DNA of 58,383 bases from Thermotogota bacterium (GTDB taxonomy: Bacteria > Thermotogota > Thermotogae > MWEM01). Positions 1-8,341 of the stretch are shown piece after piece (the first letter of the stretch is position 1; the number at the start of each line of letters is the position of its first letter). The notes under the pieces are model-generated. The model was not told the origin of the DNA and did not search any database. It saw nothing but the letters and a program-made list of their open reading frames with translations. The position numbers and the translations under genes were made by a program. The stretch is taken from assembly GCA_034659095.1 (NCBI GenBank), contig JAYEGQ010000129.1, forward strand, positions 1-58,383. The letters run 5' to 3'.

Positions 1-116
1 GCTTCAGTGCCAGAATGTGCTTTGATAATGTTCAAAGCTGGTTGTTCAAGAAGGCTTTCAAGTGCTAATAAATTGGCTGGTATATCATCTACAATCAATA
101 TATTTATTTTTCTCAT
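1..116 (-). CDS. response regulator receiver domain (5' part only; gene runs off the window)
   Basis: Reverse-strand ATG at 116-114. Translation MRKINILIVDDIPANLLALESLLEQPALNIIKAHSGTEA has the IxIVDD acidic pocket of CheY-like receivers. It lies 21 nt downstream of the kinase stop on the same strand. Confidence 0.7.
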   Translation of the reverse strand, partial: MRKINILIVDDIPANLLALESLLEQPALNIIKAHSGTE

Positions 117-137
117 ATCATCACACCTTTTTTGTTT

Positions 138-1745
138 TTATAACAAGCTTGATATTTCATTAAAAATTATCGTTTTGTCAAATTCTTTAGGAAAAACAGT
201 GGTAGTACCAAAATCGGAAAATTCCTCTTTTAAACCATCTGAAGTTCCATTGCTCTGAGGAATAATCACGACCGGAATATTTACCAGACGTTGATTAGAT
301 GAAATTTCAGTCATTATCTTATAATCTTCGTCCTTAGCAATATACTCATCCAACACCACGAATGTCGCATCTGGATTATTTTGCAATTTACTAAGCCCTT
401 CTTTTGGATTATTCGTTCCACTAACAGTGGCTTTGAATCCTTCCATATAGTTTGTAAACAAAAACAGGTATTTCATGTCTTTGGTAATCATAAAAATCTT
501 TTTTCCCTTCATGAGTCTCTTCATGTCTTTTTCTGTTAAAGTATCCTTTAAGTTTTTTTCGGAGACCGGTTCGTTTATCTTTTTCGGAAGGGGTTGTTTA
601 TACTTTTTTTCTTTTTGTTTTCTTGAAACGGGCAGATAAACATTAAATGTGCTGCCTTTTCCCAATTCGCTTTGGAGTTTTATTTCTCCCCCAAGAAGAG
701 TAGTCAGCTTTTGTGAAATGGCAAGCCCCAAGCCTGTGCCTCCATAGTTCCTGGTTGTTGAACCGTCTGCTTGAACAAATTCATCAAAGATCACCTTCTG
801 TTTGTCGTCTGCGATTCCAACACCTGTATCCTCTATAGAGAATACGATGTAGTTTTCCGGGCTTAACATAGACGTTGATTTTGAAAGGCTTGAATCGTGA
901 TTCAGGATTTTAAATTTAATGTATCCTTTTTCAGTGAATTTAAAAGCGTTAGAAAGAATGTTCCTAAGGATTTGCAACAGCCGTTTTTTATCCGAGTAAA
1001 TGATTTTCGGGATATTCTCATCAATCTCAATCTGAAAGGAGACGTCTTTTGTGATTTGTTCAGCGTAAAAGGTTTCTGAAATCTCGTTTTTGATGGCTCC
1101 TATTTCAATCGGTTCGATAAAGGTTTCTGTTTTCCCTGCCTCTATCTTGGCAATATCCAACACATCGTTTATCAGTGAAAGCAATGTTTTTCCTGAGGAG
1201 TAAATAGTTCTCAAAAATTTAAGTTGTTTTTCATTCAGGTTATCAACTTTGTTTTTAATCAACACTTGAGTAAGTGTGAGGATACTATTTAAAGGGGTTT
1301 TAAGCTCATGAGACATATTAGCCATAAACTCGTTTTTATGAATATTCATTCGGTCTATTTCTTCTTTTTGTTTTTCTAAGATCAAACGGACCTTTTCTAA
1401 TGCCTTTTGTTTATCTTCAATTTCCTGTTGACTTACTTCAAATGCTTCTCTTTCTTCGTTTAATCGCTTTGTTTCAATTTCGAAATCCCTTAAATTCCCT
1501 TGGAGAAGTTCTTCCGTTTCTCTAATGGTTTGGAGTCTTTGCTGAATCTCTTTTTTTTGTTCCTCTAAAGGGTCTTCTTCTATAACCACTTCCCGTTCTC
1601 TTCTGTGAGGTTTTACGGCATTAAAAGTGGTATTCTTTTTATTTGCATATAAAGTTTTTTTATAATACTGAAAGGTTATTATAAAGATGATAAAAAAGAC
1701 AATTGAAAACAAAAACGATAAAAAAACCAACAATAGTACCGACAA
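138..1745 (-). CDS. sensor histidine kinase with N-terminal TM helix, long coiled coil and C-terminal receiver-like domain
   Basis: TTG start. H-box MSHELKTPLNS; G-boxes DTGVGI and GGTGLGLAISQ...GKGSTFNVYLP. The C-terminal ~120 aa (KKIFMITKD...FVVLDEY...PVVIIPQ) resembles a degenerate REC domain. Confidence 0.85.
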   Translation of the reverse strand: MSVLLLVFLSFLFSIVFFIIFIITFQYYKKTLYANKKNTTFNAVKPHRREREVVIEEDPLEEQKKEIQQRLQTIRETEELLQGNLRDFEIETKRLNEEREAFEVSQQEIEDKQKALEKVRLILEKQKEEIDRMNIHKNEFMANMSHELKTPLNSILTLTQVLIKNKVDNLNEKQLKFLRTIYSSGKTLLSLINDVLDIAKIEAGKTETFIEPIEIGAIKNEISETFYAEQITKDVSFQIEIDENIPKIIYSDKKRLLQILRNILSNAFKFTEKGYIKFKILNHDSSLSKSTSMLSPENYIVFSIEDTGVGIADDKQKVIFDEFVQADGSTTRNYGGTGLGLAISQKLTTLLGGEIKLQSELGKGSTFNVYLPVSRKQKEKKYKQPLPKKINEPVSEKNLKDTLTEKDMKRLMKGKKIFMITKDMKYLFLFTNYMEGFKATVSGTNNPKEGLSKLQNNPDATFVVLDEYIAKDEDYKIMTEISSNQRLVNIPVVIIPQSNGTSDGLKEEFSDFGTTTVFPKEFDKTIIFNEISSLL

Positions 1746-1813
1746 ATAGAAATCCTCACTTTCCTTAAACTATGTTTTTTTGTGTAAAGAAAAATTGTTT
1801 TTATTCCGAATGT

Positions 1814-2473
1814 TTAGCGATAAGGCTTATCGAATCGATGGTCATAAACACCATTTTTTTTAAGTTGAGAGTTCCAGTAGAGATTGCTAATTGGGAATTT
1901 GAGTGATATTTTCACCAAAAAAAGCCTTACTTTTGACAATTTCTCAGGCTTTGCAATCGCTTTTAACAATGGTTGATCTAAATTTTTTTCGTTTTCGAAT
2001 AGCTTCCCTAATTCAGCTAATCTTTGGGCATCTTTGAAGAATTTTTTCGGTATAATCCTTGCCCCTTCCGAACCTCCACGTACGATTGTGCCTATGTAAT
2101 TGGCACCGATTCTTTTTGTGAACCTTTCACAATACCTTTCTACGTATCTGCAGTGGTGTGATTCAGGAAATCCGCATTGAACCATAAACAAAAAGTGTTT
2201 ATTCGTAAAGACTTCTTGACATTCCCCCATTTGTTCAAGAAATTCCTTTACAAATCCGGGTGTCCAATCGGCATAAAGAGGGAACCCAATTAAGATGTAT
2301 TTATGATCTTTGATAGTACTAATTGCGGATTGCAAATCATCCTGGTCATAGTATTCTTTTAGATGAAGAACGTTAACAGTAGAATGTGTGATATCTTTTG
2401 TAAAATATTCTATCAGTTTTTTTGTATTTGAAACCCTTCCCCTGGGAGAACCATTGATGGCCAACAAAGTCAT
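1814..2473 (-). CDS. flavodoxin-fold NAD(P)H-dependent FMN reductase family protein
   Basis: N-terminus MTLLAINGSPRGRVSNT is typical of NADPH-dependent FMN reductase/flavodoxin_2 proteins. A 4-nt ATGA overlap links it to the upstream gene. Confidence 0.6.
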   Translation of the reverse strand: MTLLAINGSPRGRVSNTKKLIEYFTKDITHSTVNVLHLKEYYDQDDLQSAISTIKDHKYILIGFPLYADWTPGFVKEFLEQMGECQEVFTNKHFLFMVQCGFPESHHCRYVERYCERFTKRIGANYIGTIVRGGSEGARIIPKKFFKDAQRLAELGKLFENEKNLDQPLLKAIAKPEKLSKVRLFLVKISLKFPISNLYWNSQLKKNGVYDHRFDKPYR

Positions 2474-3012
2474 AGAGAAATCCCCCCTTCCACTTCTTGA
2501 ATTGTTTTAAAAAACTGAAGACTTGTTTTGAAATTAATGGCAAGTCTTTGATAAATCTCTTTGCATAAAGCAATATCTTCCTGGGTATCTTCAGAGGTTG
2601 GTTCATATATAACTGCTATCTTGGGATAGCGATCATATCTTTTACGATGGTGAATTTCTCCTTTAACGATGCTGAAGTATGGGTGTATCAAAGGAATCAA
2701 TCGGTCATTCGACCTTTTCATGAGCCCGGTGGTCATACCCATCACCAAGGGAGAAGCAAAGATGACCAAATCGGAATTGATGACTGAGATGAGAATTTCT
2801 TCCGCATCATCTTTGATCGCGCATTTTCCCGGCGTTTTAGTCCAGCATTGGAAGCATCCGATACATTGTTTGATGTCCATTAGCTTTAAATTGTAATAAT
2901 CAAGATTCTCCTTTTCAGACGATTGAGAGAGGCTCGTTTTGAATTGCTCCAGTTGTTTGTCAAAATTACCATGCTGTTCTTTCAAAGAGCCATTTATAAG
3001 CGTTAATTTCAT
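2470..3012 (-). CDS. iron-sulfur flavoprotein (Isf)-like flavodoxin-fold protein
   Basis: MKLTLINGS... flavodoxin-fold N-terminus plus the compact Cys motif CIGCFQCWTKTPGKC (CxxCxxCx7C), as in Isf-type 4Fe-4S flavoproteins. Confidence 0.6.
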   Translation of the reverse strand: MKLTLINGSLKEQHGNFDKQLEQFKTSLSQSSEKENLDYYNLKLMDIKQCIGCFQCWTKTPGKCAIKDDAEEILISVINSDLVIFASPLVMGMTTGLMKRSNDRLIPLIHPYFSIVKGEIHHRKRYDRYPKIAVIYEPTSEDTQEDIALCKEIYQRLAINFKTSLQFFKTIQEVEGGISL

Positions 3013-3130
3013 GAAATCACCTGCTTGGTTAGGTTATAAACTTCAGTGAAAATGAAAAGCGTTATTCAACCATATAATAATACCATTTTCTTGAAGAAAA
3101 ACTCAACATCGAAAACGCAAAAATTTCCCA

Positions 3131-3158
3131 TTGATAGAAGATTTCACTGTGTTATAAT
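3131..3158 (+). promoter_or_regulatory. sigma-70 type promoter with extended -10, upstream of the RdhA-like gene
   Basis: TTGATA (3131-3136), 16-nt spacer, TG (3150-3151), TATAAT (3153-3158). Confidence 0.5.
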
Positions 3159-3213
3159 CAGTTAACCTAATTACTTGTTACTTTGCAAAAAAACTGAGCA
3201 GGGATGTGATAGC

Positions 3214-4230
3214 ATGAATATCTATGAGAAATATGCCATTGATAGTGAAAATTACAGTCGATTCGATCAGAGAGAAATCGTTTTTGGTAAAATCTATAAC
3301 GATAAATCAGTACCCTTTTATATGCAGGACTTTTATGATAATGTAGAAAAGATTGTTTTGGAAAATAAAGAGGGGTATTCAAGGCTTGATTTCGCAAGGA
3401 TCAGAGGAGCCTGGTCCGTTTATGATAATTTCACTGAAGCCTTTGGAAAGAATTGGGGTAAGGATGTGAACGCGGTATCGGGTCTGGAAAAACAGATTCC
3501 TTTTAAGCCTGAGTCGAAAGCAAAGATGACTCAAGAAATCAAAAAGACTGCAAAAATATATGGTGCTTTAAAAACAGGCATTACAAAAGTGGATCATAAT
3601 TGGATTTATAGCCACGATATTCGTGGAAGAAAGATCGATATTTCAGAAGAGTATAGATATGCCATTGTTGTATTGATTCCCATGGATCCTTTTGAAATCC
3701 TTAAATCTCCTACATTTGAAGCCTCCATATCCACCGGATTAGCATACTCACAATTGGCATTTATCGTTGCCTGTCTGGCAGGGTTTATCAGAAATCTGGG
3801 TTATGAGGCTTTATCCATGGGCAACGATACGGCATTAAGCATTCCCCTTGCTATTGATGCCGGTTTGGGAGAACTGGGGAGAAATGGATTACTCATTACA
3901 AAAGAATTGGGTCCCTGCGTACGTATCGGGAAAATTTTTACCAATATGCCCCTGGAAGTGGATCATCCTGTCGATTTGGGTATCCAACAATTTTGCAAAC
4001 AATGTAAACTGTGTGCTAAAAATTGCGAGTCCGATGCCATTCAAATGGATGATGCTCCCTCCTATAAAATCGCATGTCCTTCCAATAACCAAGGTATCAA
4101 ACGTTGGGCGGTGGATCATTATAAATGTTATTCCTTTTGGGTTGAAAATGGGTCGGAATGCTCTACCTGTATCGCTGTTTGTCCATTTTTAAAGCGAGCG
4201 ATGAGCAACTTTGTTCTGGAAGATTTTTGA
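3214..4230 (+). CDS. reductive dehalogenase (RdhA)/QueG-like corrinoid-type Fe-S protein, no signal peptide
   Basis: The internal ATG at 3214 is preferred (MNIYEKYAIDSENY). The block AGLGELGRNGLLITKELGPCVRIGKIFT is followed by CKQCKLCAKNCES and C-x11-CSTCIAVCPF, two 4Fe-4S motifs in RdhA-like spacing. There is no RR twin-arginine motif. Confidence 0.6.
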   Translation: MNIYEKYAIDSENYSRFDQREIVFGKIYNDKSVPFYMQDFYDNVEKIVLENKEGYSRLDFARIRGAWSVYDNFTEAFGKNWGKDVNAVSGLEKQIPFKPESKAKMTQEIKKTAKIYGALKTGITKVDHNWIYSHDIRGRKIDISEEYRYAIVVLIPMDPFEILKSPTFEASISTGLAYSQLAFIVACLAGFIRNLGYEALSMGNDTALSIPLAIDAGLGELGRNGLLITKELGPCVRIGKIFTNMPLEVDHPVDLGIQQFCKQCKLCAKNCESDAIQMDDAPSYKIACPSNNQGIKRWAVDHYKCYSFWVENGSECSTCIAVCPFLKRAMSNFVLEDF

Positions 4231-4258
4231 CCATCATTGACCTCCAAATCAAAACTTT

Positions 4259-4283
4259 GTAGGGGTGACCCTTGTGGTTGCCC
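4259..4283 (+). repeat. GTAGGGG-headed GC-rich REP-like element, copy 1
   Basis: GTAGGGGTGACCCTTGTGGTTGCCC. The GTAG head is followed by an imperfect GC palindrome (GGGTGACC / GGTTGCCC). It resembles the copies at 14473 and 56873. Confidence 0.55.
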
Positions 4284-4311
4284 AAAAGCAAGAAAAAAGG
4301 ATTAAATACAA

Positions 4312-4333
4312 GGCTCCTTGGGGGAGCTCCTAC
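4312..4333 (-). repeat. GTAG-headed GC-rich REP-like element, inverted partner of copy 1
   Basis: The reverse strand reads GTAGGAGCTCCCCCAAGGAGCC. It is inverted relative to 4259-4283 and lies 28 nt away. Confidence 0.45.
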
Positions 4334-4376
4334 AGGATAATTGAAAAGAGGAATTAAAATATGAGTGAGGTTTGAA

Positions 4377-5600
4377 ATGGTAAAAAAGGATGGACAGTTT
4401 TATAAATTCGCCATGTATGGTTTTTTAAAGAACCTTAGGTTTTTTGAACCATTTCTCATTTTGTTTTTTCGAGACATCGGCTTATCCTTTTTTCAGATTG
4501 GGTTGCTTTTTACGATACGAGAGGCAATTACAAACGTTACGGAGATACCCACAGGGGTTCTGGCCGACTCTGTTGGAAGACGTATTACTATGGTCTTTTC
4601 AATGGTAGCCTATATTTGTTCTTTTGCCATCTTCTTCTTTTTAAATTCTTATGCCTGGTTTATCGTGGCCATGTCCTTTTTTGGCTTAGGGGAATCCTTA
4701 AGATCGGGAACCCATAAATCACTTATTATGAGTTATTTGAGGATGAACAATTGGGAAAACAAAAAAGTGGCGTATTATGGTTTAACCCGAAGTTATTCAC
4801 AAATGGGTTCAGCTATCAATTCTTTGATTGCAGCTTTTCTGGTGTTTTTTTACGGGGATTACAAAATTGTCTTTCTTGCTGCTTTAATTCCCTATATTAT
4901 TAATCTTGTCAATCTGGCAACGTATCCCAAAGCGATTGATGAGGAAATTCGGGAAAAGAAACCGCAAAAACATAGTTTTTTAACCACCTTTAAATCTGTA
5001 GATAATATCAAGATATATCTGAATTCATCTCTGTTTGATGCCTTCTTTAAGACGGTAAAAGAGTACCTGCAACCCATATTGGCATCGTTGGCCTTATCAT
5101 TACCATTTTTTGTGGATATGAATTTGGAAAAAAGGACTTCGGTTGTAGTGGGAATTTGCTATTTCTTTATTTACATTTTGACTTCATATGCATCAAAGAA
5201 TTCATATCGTTTTGTGGAAAAATCAAAAAAACTAAGTATGGCACTGAATGTCACGTTTATAACGGGGATAATTCTGATCCTAATGGCGGGTTTTTTCAAC
5301 GTTTTTTCCGTCAACGTCATTCCAGTCATCTTATTTTTGATTATATTTGTTCTCCAGAATTTGAGACGCCCTTTGATTGTATCCCTTATCAGTGATATTA
5401 TCCCTTCGGAAAAACTCTCAACGGGTCTTTCCGTTGAATCCCAACTCAAGACAATTTTTATTGCCGCCTTTTCTCCAATATTAGGCTTTTTAGCAGATAA
5501 AATTGGTGTGGGGTGGGCGTTGTTTGCTTTTTCAGCATTTATGCTGGTGTTGTACCCATTAATAAAAATATCTGCAAAATACGAAGGTGAGAAGAATTAA
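4377..5600 (+). CDS. MFS transporter
   Basis: About 12 hydrophobic segments. The loop motif GVLADSVGRR is MFS D-R/K-x-G-R-like. ATG at 4377 is preceded by GAGG at a 6-nt spacing. Confidence 0.8.
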   Translation: MVKKDGQFYKFAMYGFLKNLRFFEPFLILFFRDIGLSFFQIGLLFTIREAITNVTEIPTGVLADSVGRRITMVFSMVAYICSFAIFFFLNSYAWFIVAMSFFGLGESLRSGTHKSLIMSYLRMNNWENKKVAYYGLTRSYSQMGSAINSLIAAFLVFFYGDYKIVFLAALIPYIINLVNLATYPKAIDEEIREKKPQKHSFLTTFKSVDNIKIYLNSSLFDAFFKTVKEYLQPILASLALSLPFFVDMNLEKRTSVVVGICYFFIYILTSYASKNSYRFVEKSKKLSMALNVTFITGIILILMAGFFNVFSVNVIPVILFLIIFVLQNLRRPLIVSLISDIIPSEKLSTGLSVESQLKTIFIAAFSPILGFLADKIGVGWALFAFSAFMLVLYPLIKISAKYEGEKN

Positions 5601-6333
5601 TAACACAATTTGCAAATCGTTCAATGTACGTTATACAGATTGTTTTTACCATGAGAAAACCAACATTGTCAGTATCCTGGGCTTTTTTAATGAAATTGCC
5701 CAGGAGGCGGGATATTATTACGACAAAGAGAAGAATATATTGGAAGATGAATCCCTGGCTTGGATTATCCTTAACTGGGACATTGATATAAACAAGTACC
5801 CAAAATACAGAGAACAAGTAAAGGTGTGTACTATTGCCAGATCCATAGATCGTTTTATCGCCTTTAGAGAATTTAAATTATGTAATGAGAAGGATCAACT
5901 GCTGGCCAGGGGAAAATCCAAGTGGATTTTGTTGAACCTGGAAAAAAGAAGACCAGCCATTGCCAGGGATTACATGTATGCACTTTATGGTGTCACGGAA
6001 AAAGACGCACCGTTTACCATTAACAAACCTAAGGAACTTAAGGATAAAGGAGATGAAAAAGTCCTATTTAGGGTTAGAAAAAGAGATGTGGACGGATACG
6101 AGCATGTGAACAATACGGTGTATGCCTATTGGATAAACGAATCCGTTCCGGATGAAGTGACGGATCAGATGATTCTGAAAAATCTAAGGATTTACTATAA
6201 GCGAGAAACGACTTATCCCAATGATGTTTATATTCACAACAGCATTGAGGATAATGGACATATACTCCATCGAATTGACCAAACAGACGGGAAGAACCTA
6301 GTTTATGCAGAGAGTGTTTGGGGAAAGAAATAA
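5587..6333 (+). CDS. acyl-[acyl-carrier-protein] thioesterase
   Basis: Double hot-dog pattern: FNVRYTDCFYHEKTNIVSILGFFNEIAQEAG, and in the second half RKRDVDGYEHVNNTVYAYW. GTG start overlaps the MFS gene end. Confidence 0.7.
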   Translation: MRRINNTICKSFNVRYTDCFYHEKTNIVSILGFFNEIAQEAGYYYDKEKNILEDESLAWIILNWDIDINKYPKYREQVKVCTIARSIDRFIAFREFKLCNEKDQLLARGKSKWILLNLEKRRPAIARDYMYALYGVTEKDAPFTINKPKELKDKGDEKVLFRVRKRDVDGYEHVNNTVYAYWINESVPDEVTDQMILKNLRIYYKRETTYPNDVYIHNSIEDNGHILHRIDQTDGKNLVYAESVWGKK

Positions 6334-6412
6334 AGACAAATAGATGTTTTGCTTTTCAGTTATCAAAGTTAAAAAACACACTCTTGAATGAATAATCATG
6401 CTATAATCAGAT

Positions 6413-6735
6413 ATGTTTTTAAAGAAAACCCACAGTGAGGGAAAGATTTATCTTCAAGTTGTACAATCTTACAGAGATGAAAACGGTATCAGCCGGCACA
6501 AGGTGATTTGCAACCTTGGTAGGTTGGACAAGCTTCGTCGCAATGAAAATGCAAGAAGAATTCTATTAGAAATTCTTGAGTTATTGATGTCTGATGCTGA
6601 TAAGTCTTCAAAGGAAGAACATATCCAACAGAGTTTTAATTGGGAATAGGTTTTTCTATGGGAAGACGGCTTTTTGACTATGCCAAAAAGCTTGTGTCCG
6701 CTCGGATATTTACAATTGATAGTGATCAAGGATAA
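6413..6735 (+). pseudogene. IS1634/IS4-type transposase remnant (N-terminal fragment, frameshifted)
   Basis: MFLKKTHSEGKIYLQVVQSYRDENGISRHKVICNLGRLD matches the characteristic N-terminus of IS1634-family transposases. The frame stops after 78 aa. Similarity (..FDYAKKLVSARIFTIDS..) continues in another frame and then decays into stops. Confidence 0.55.
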
Positions 6736-6992
6736 TAAATTTGTGGTTCTTGGATGAGTATTGTTATTCGTTCCGGTAATACATAAGATTGATATTTGAT
6801 AGTGCTGCTGCCGGATAATAATAATTTCAAGGGGGGGATTCCTTCTAAAGGCGTTTAATAAGGGATTGTCAATCATTTCATTGATGAAGACAGTATTGCG
6901 TTTAATGGGTCATTTTTGTATTTACTTCTCTTTCATGATATACTTGCACCGTGTTCTCTTATTGAGAATAACTTTTTGACAAATCAATAGTC

Positions 6993-7155
6993 GAATCTGA
7001 GGCGTGTTCAAGATGAGTAAACCGGTGTTAATGGGGATTATCCGGTTGAAAGGCGAGAACACCGAAGGAATTTGTTCTTCCCCAAAAGAACGTTTTTCTG
7101 GGAATACGGGAAATACTCGTATTACTGTCACAGGATTCCTGTGGAGCGCTGGTTC
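6993..7155 (+). promoter_or_regulatory. lysine riboswitch (L-box) aptamer
   Basis: Conserved L-box blocks appear in order: GAGGCG, AGATGAGTA, GGGGA, TGAAAGGCGA, CCGAAGG, CTGGG, ACTGTCAC, GTGGAG. P1 closes gaatc (6993-6997) with ggttc (7151-7155). It lies upstream of asd, as does the structurally characterised Thermotoga maritima L-box. Confidence 0.85.
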
Positions 7156-7262
7156 AATGTATTTGCAGTTCATGTACGGATATCGATTGATTTTATACAC
7201 ATTTGTTGGGATACATGGCCAAATACTTTAAGAAAATAATTATTATTGTGATAATAATTAAA

Positions 7263-7298
7263 AGGCGCTTCTTTTTATTAGGAAGCGTCTTTTTTTAT
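7263..7298 (+). terminator. riboswitch expression-platform intrinsic terminator
   Basis: 9-bp stem AGGCGCTTC / GAAGCGTCT (one G-U pair), 10-nt loop, then a T-run. The 5' arm can alternatively pair with GAGCGCT of the P1 3' strand as an antiterminator. Confidence 0.7.
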
Positions 7299-7326
7299 TT
7301 TGTTTATATTTTTTGGAGGTGGCATT

Positions 7327-8337
7327 ATGAAAATAGGTGTAGCCGGAGCAACCGGAGAAGTTGGAAGAATGATGGTTCAATTAATCGAGGGATTTGATTT
7401 GCCTGTGGAGGAGCTGAGGTTGTTTGCATCAAAACGTTCTGCAGGTTCACATATAAAGTATAAACACACTGAGTTGGTAGTGGAAGAGCTGACGGATGAG
7501 GTGATGAGCGAATCATACGATTATTTGTTGTTTTCAGCGGGTGGGGGAGTGTCAAAACGCTTTTCTCCAATAGCTGCAACTGCCGGGAATGTGATTATTG
7601 ACAATTCTTCAGCTTTTAGAGGAGATGAAGATATTCCGTTGGTGGTTCCAGAGATCAACGGTCATCTGCTTGAGAATTATCGTGGAATCATTGCCAATCC
7701 CAATTGCTCAACTATTCAGATGGTTTTGGCATTGAATGGGTTGAGAGGGTATGGCATTCGCGAGATCGTTGTATCCACTTATCAGTCTATATCCGGTGCA
7801 GGCAGAAAGGCATTGGACGAGTACTACACACAGTTGGAATGGTTTGGAAAAGGACAGCATGTAAGTGAAAACTTTGAACGATCAGAAAAGAAAGTCTTTG
7901 AAAAGCCCATCTTTTCAAACGTGATCCCCCTGATTGGGGAGATTGATCCTGAAACGAGGATGAGTAGTGAGGATTTGAAGATGATTAACGAGACAAGAAA
8001 AATTTACGGGGATGATTCGATTATTGTTTATCCTTTTGCAGCAAGAGTCGCCAGTGAATATGCTCATGGTGAATCAGTGCTGGTCAAAATTGAAGAAGAT
8101 ATCGATTTATCTTCATTTATTAAAGCGGTAGAAAGCACCCCAAATGTCAAATATTCACAGGATATTGTGACTTCGTCAGAAGCAGCCGGGAGTGATATCA
8201 CCTATGTGTCCAGGGTAAGAAAAATGGACAAAGGGGTGTTTATGATTTGGGTTGTAGCGGATAACATCAGAGTGGGTGCTGCCACGAATGCACTCAGGAT
8301 ACTTGCCGAACATCGGCGGATCAATCAAAGGAGATGA
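7327..8337 (+). CDS. asd: aspartate-semialdehyde dehydrogenase
   Basis: MKIGVAGATGEVG Rossmann N-terminus; active-site IANPNCSTI; SD GGAGGTGG upstream. Confidence 0.9.
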   Translation: MKIGVAGATGEVGRMMVQLIEGFDLPVEELRLFASKRSAGSHIKYKHTELVVEELTDEVMSESYDYLLFSAGGGVSKRFSPIAATAGNVIIDNSSAFRGDEDIPLVVPEINGHLLENYRGIIANPNCSTIQMVLALNGLRGYGIREIVVSTYQSISGAGRKALDEYYTQLEWFGKGQHVSENFERSEKKVFEKPIFSNVIPLIGEIDPETRMSSEDLKMINETRKIYGDDSIIVYPFAARVASEYAHGESVLVKIEEDIDLSSFIKAVESTPNVKYSQDIVTSSEAAGSDITYVSRVRKMDKGVFMIWVVADNIRVGAATNALRILAEHRRINQRR

Positions 8338-8341
8338 TGAT

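Noticed and set aside
3146-3161. The identical 16-mer CACTGTGTTATAATCA occurs at 3146-3161 and 40094-40109. The 14-mer TATGATATAATTCT is shared by the nagB and family-5 ABC promoters.
   Set aside because: The shared core is the extended -10 consensus (TGnTATAAT) plus a few flanking bases, and the flanks diverge immediately. This is not enough to call a repeat element or a shared operator without genome-wide statistics.
6469-6876. 135-aa minus-strand ORF across the IS remnant.
   Set aside because: It has no recognisable motif and no SD, and it overlaps the plus-strand transposase fragment. It is most likely a chance open frame in decayed DNA.
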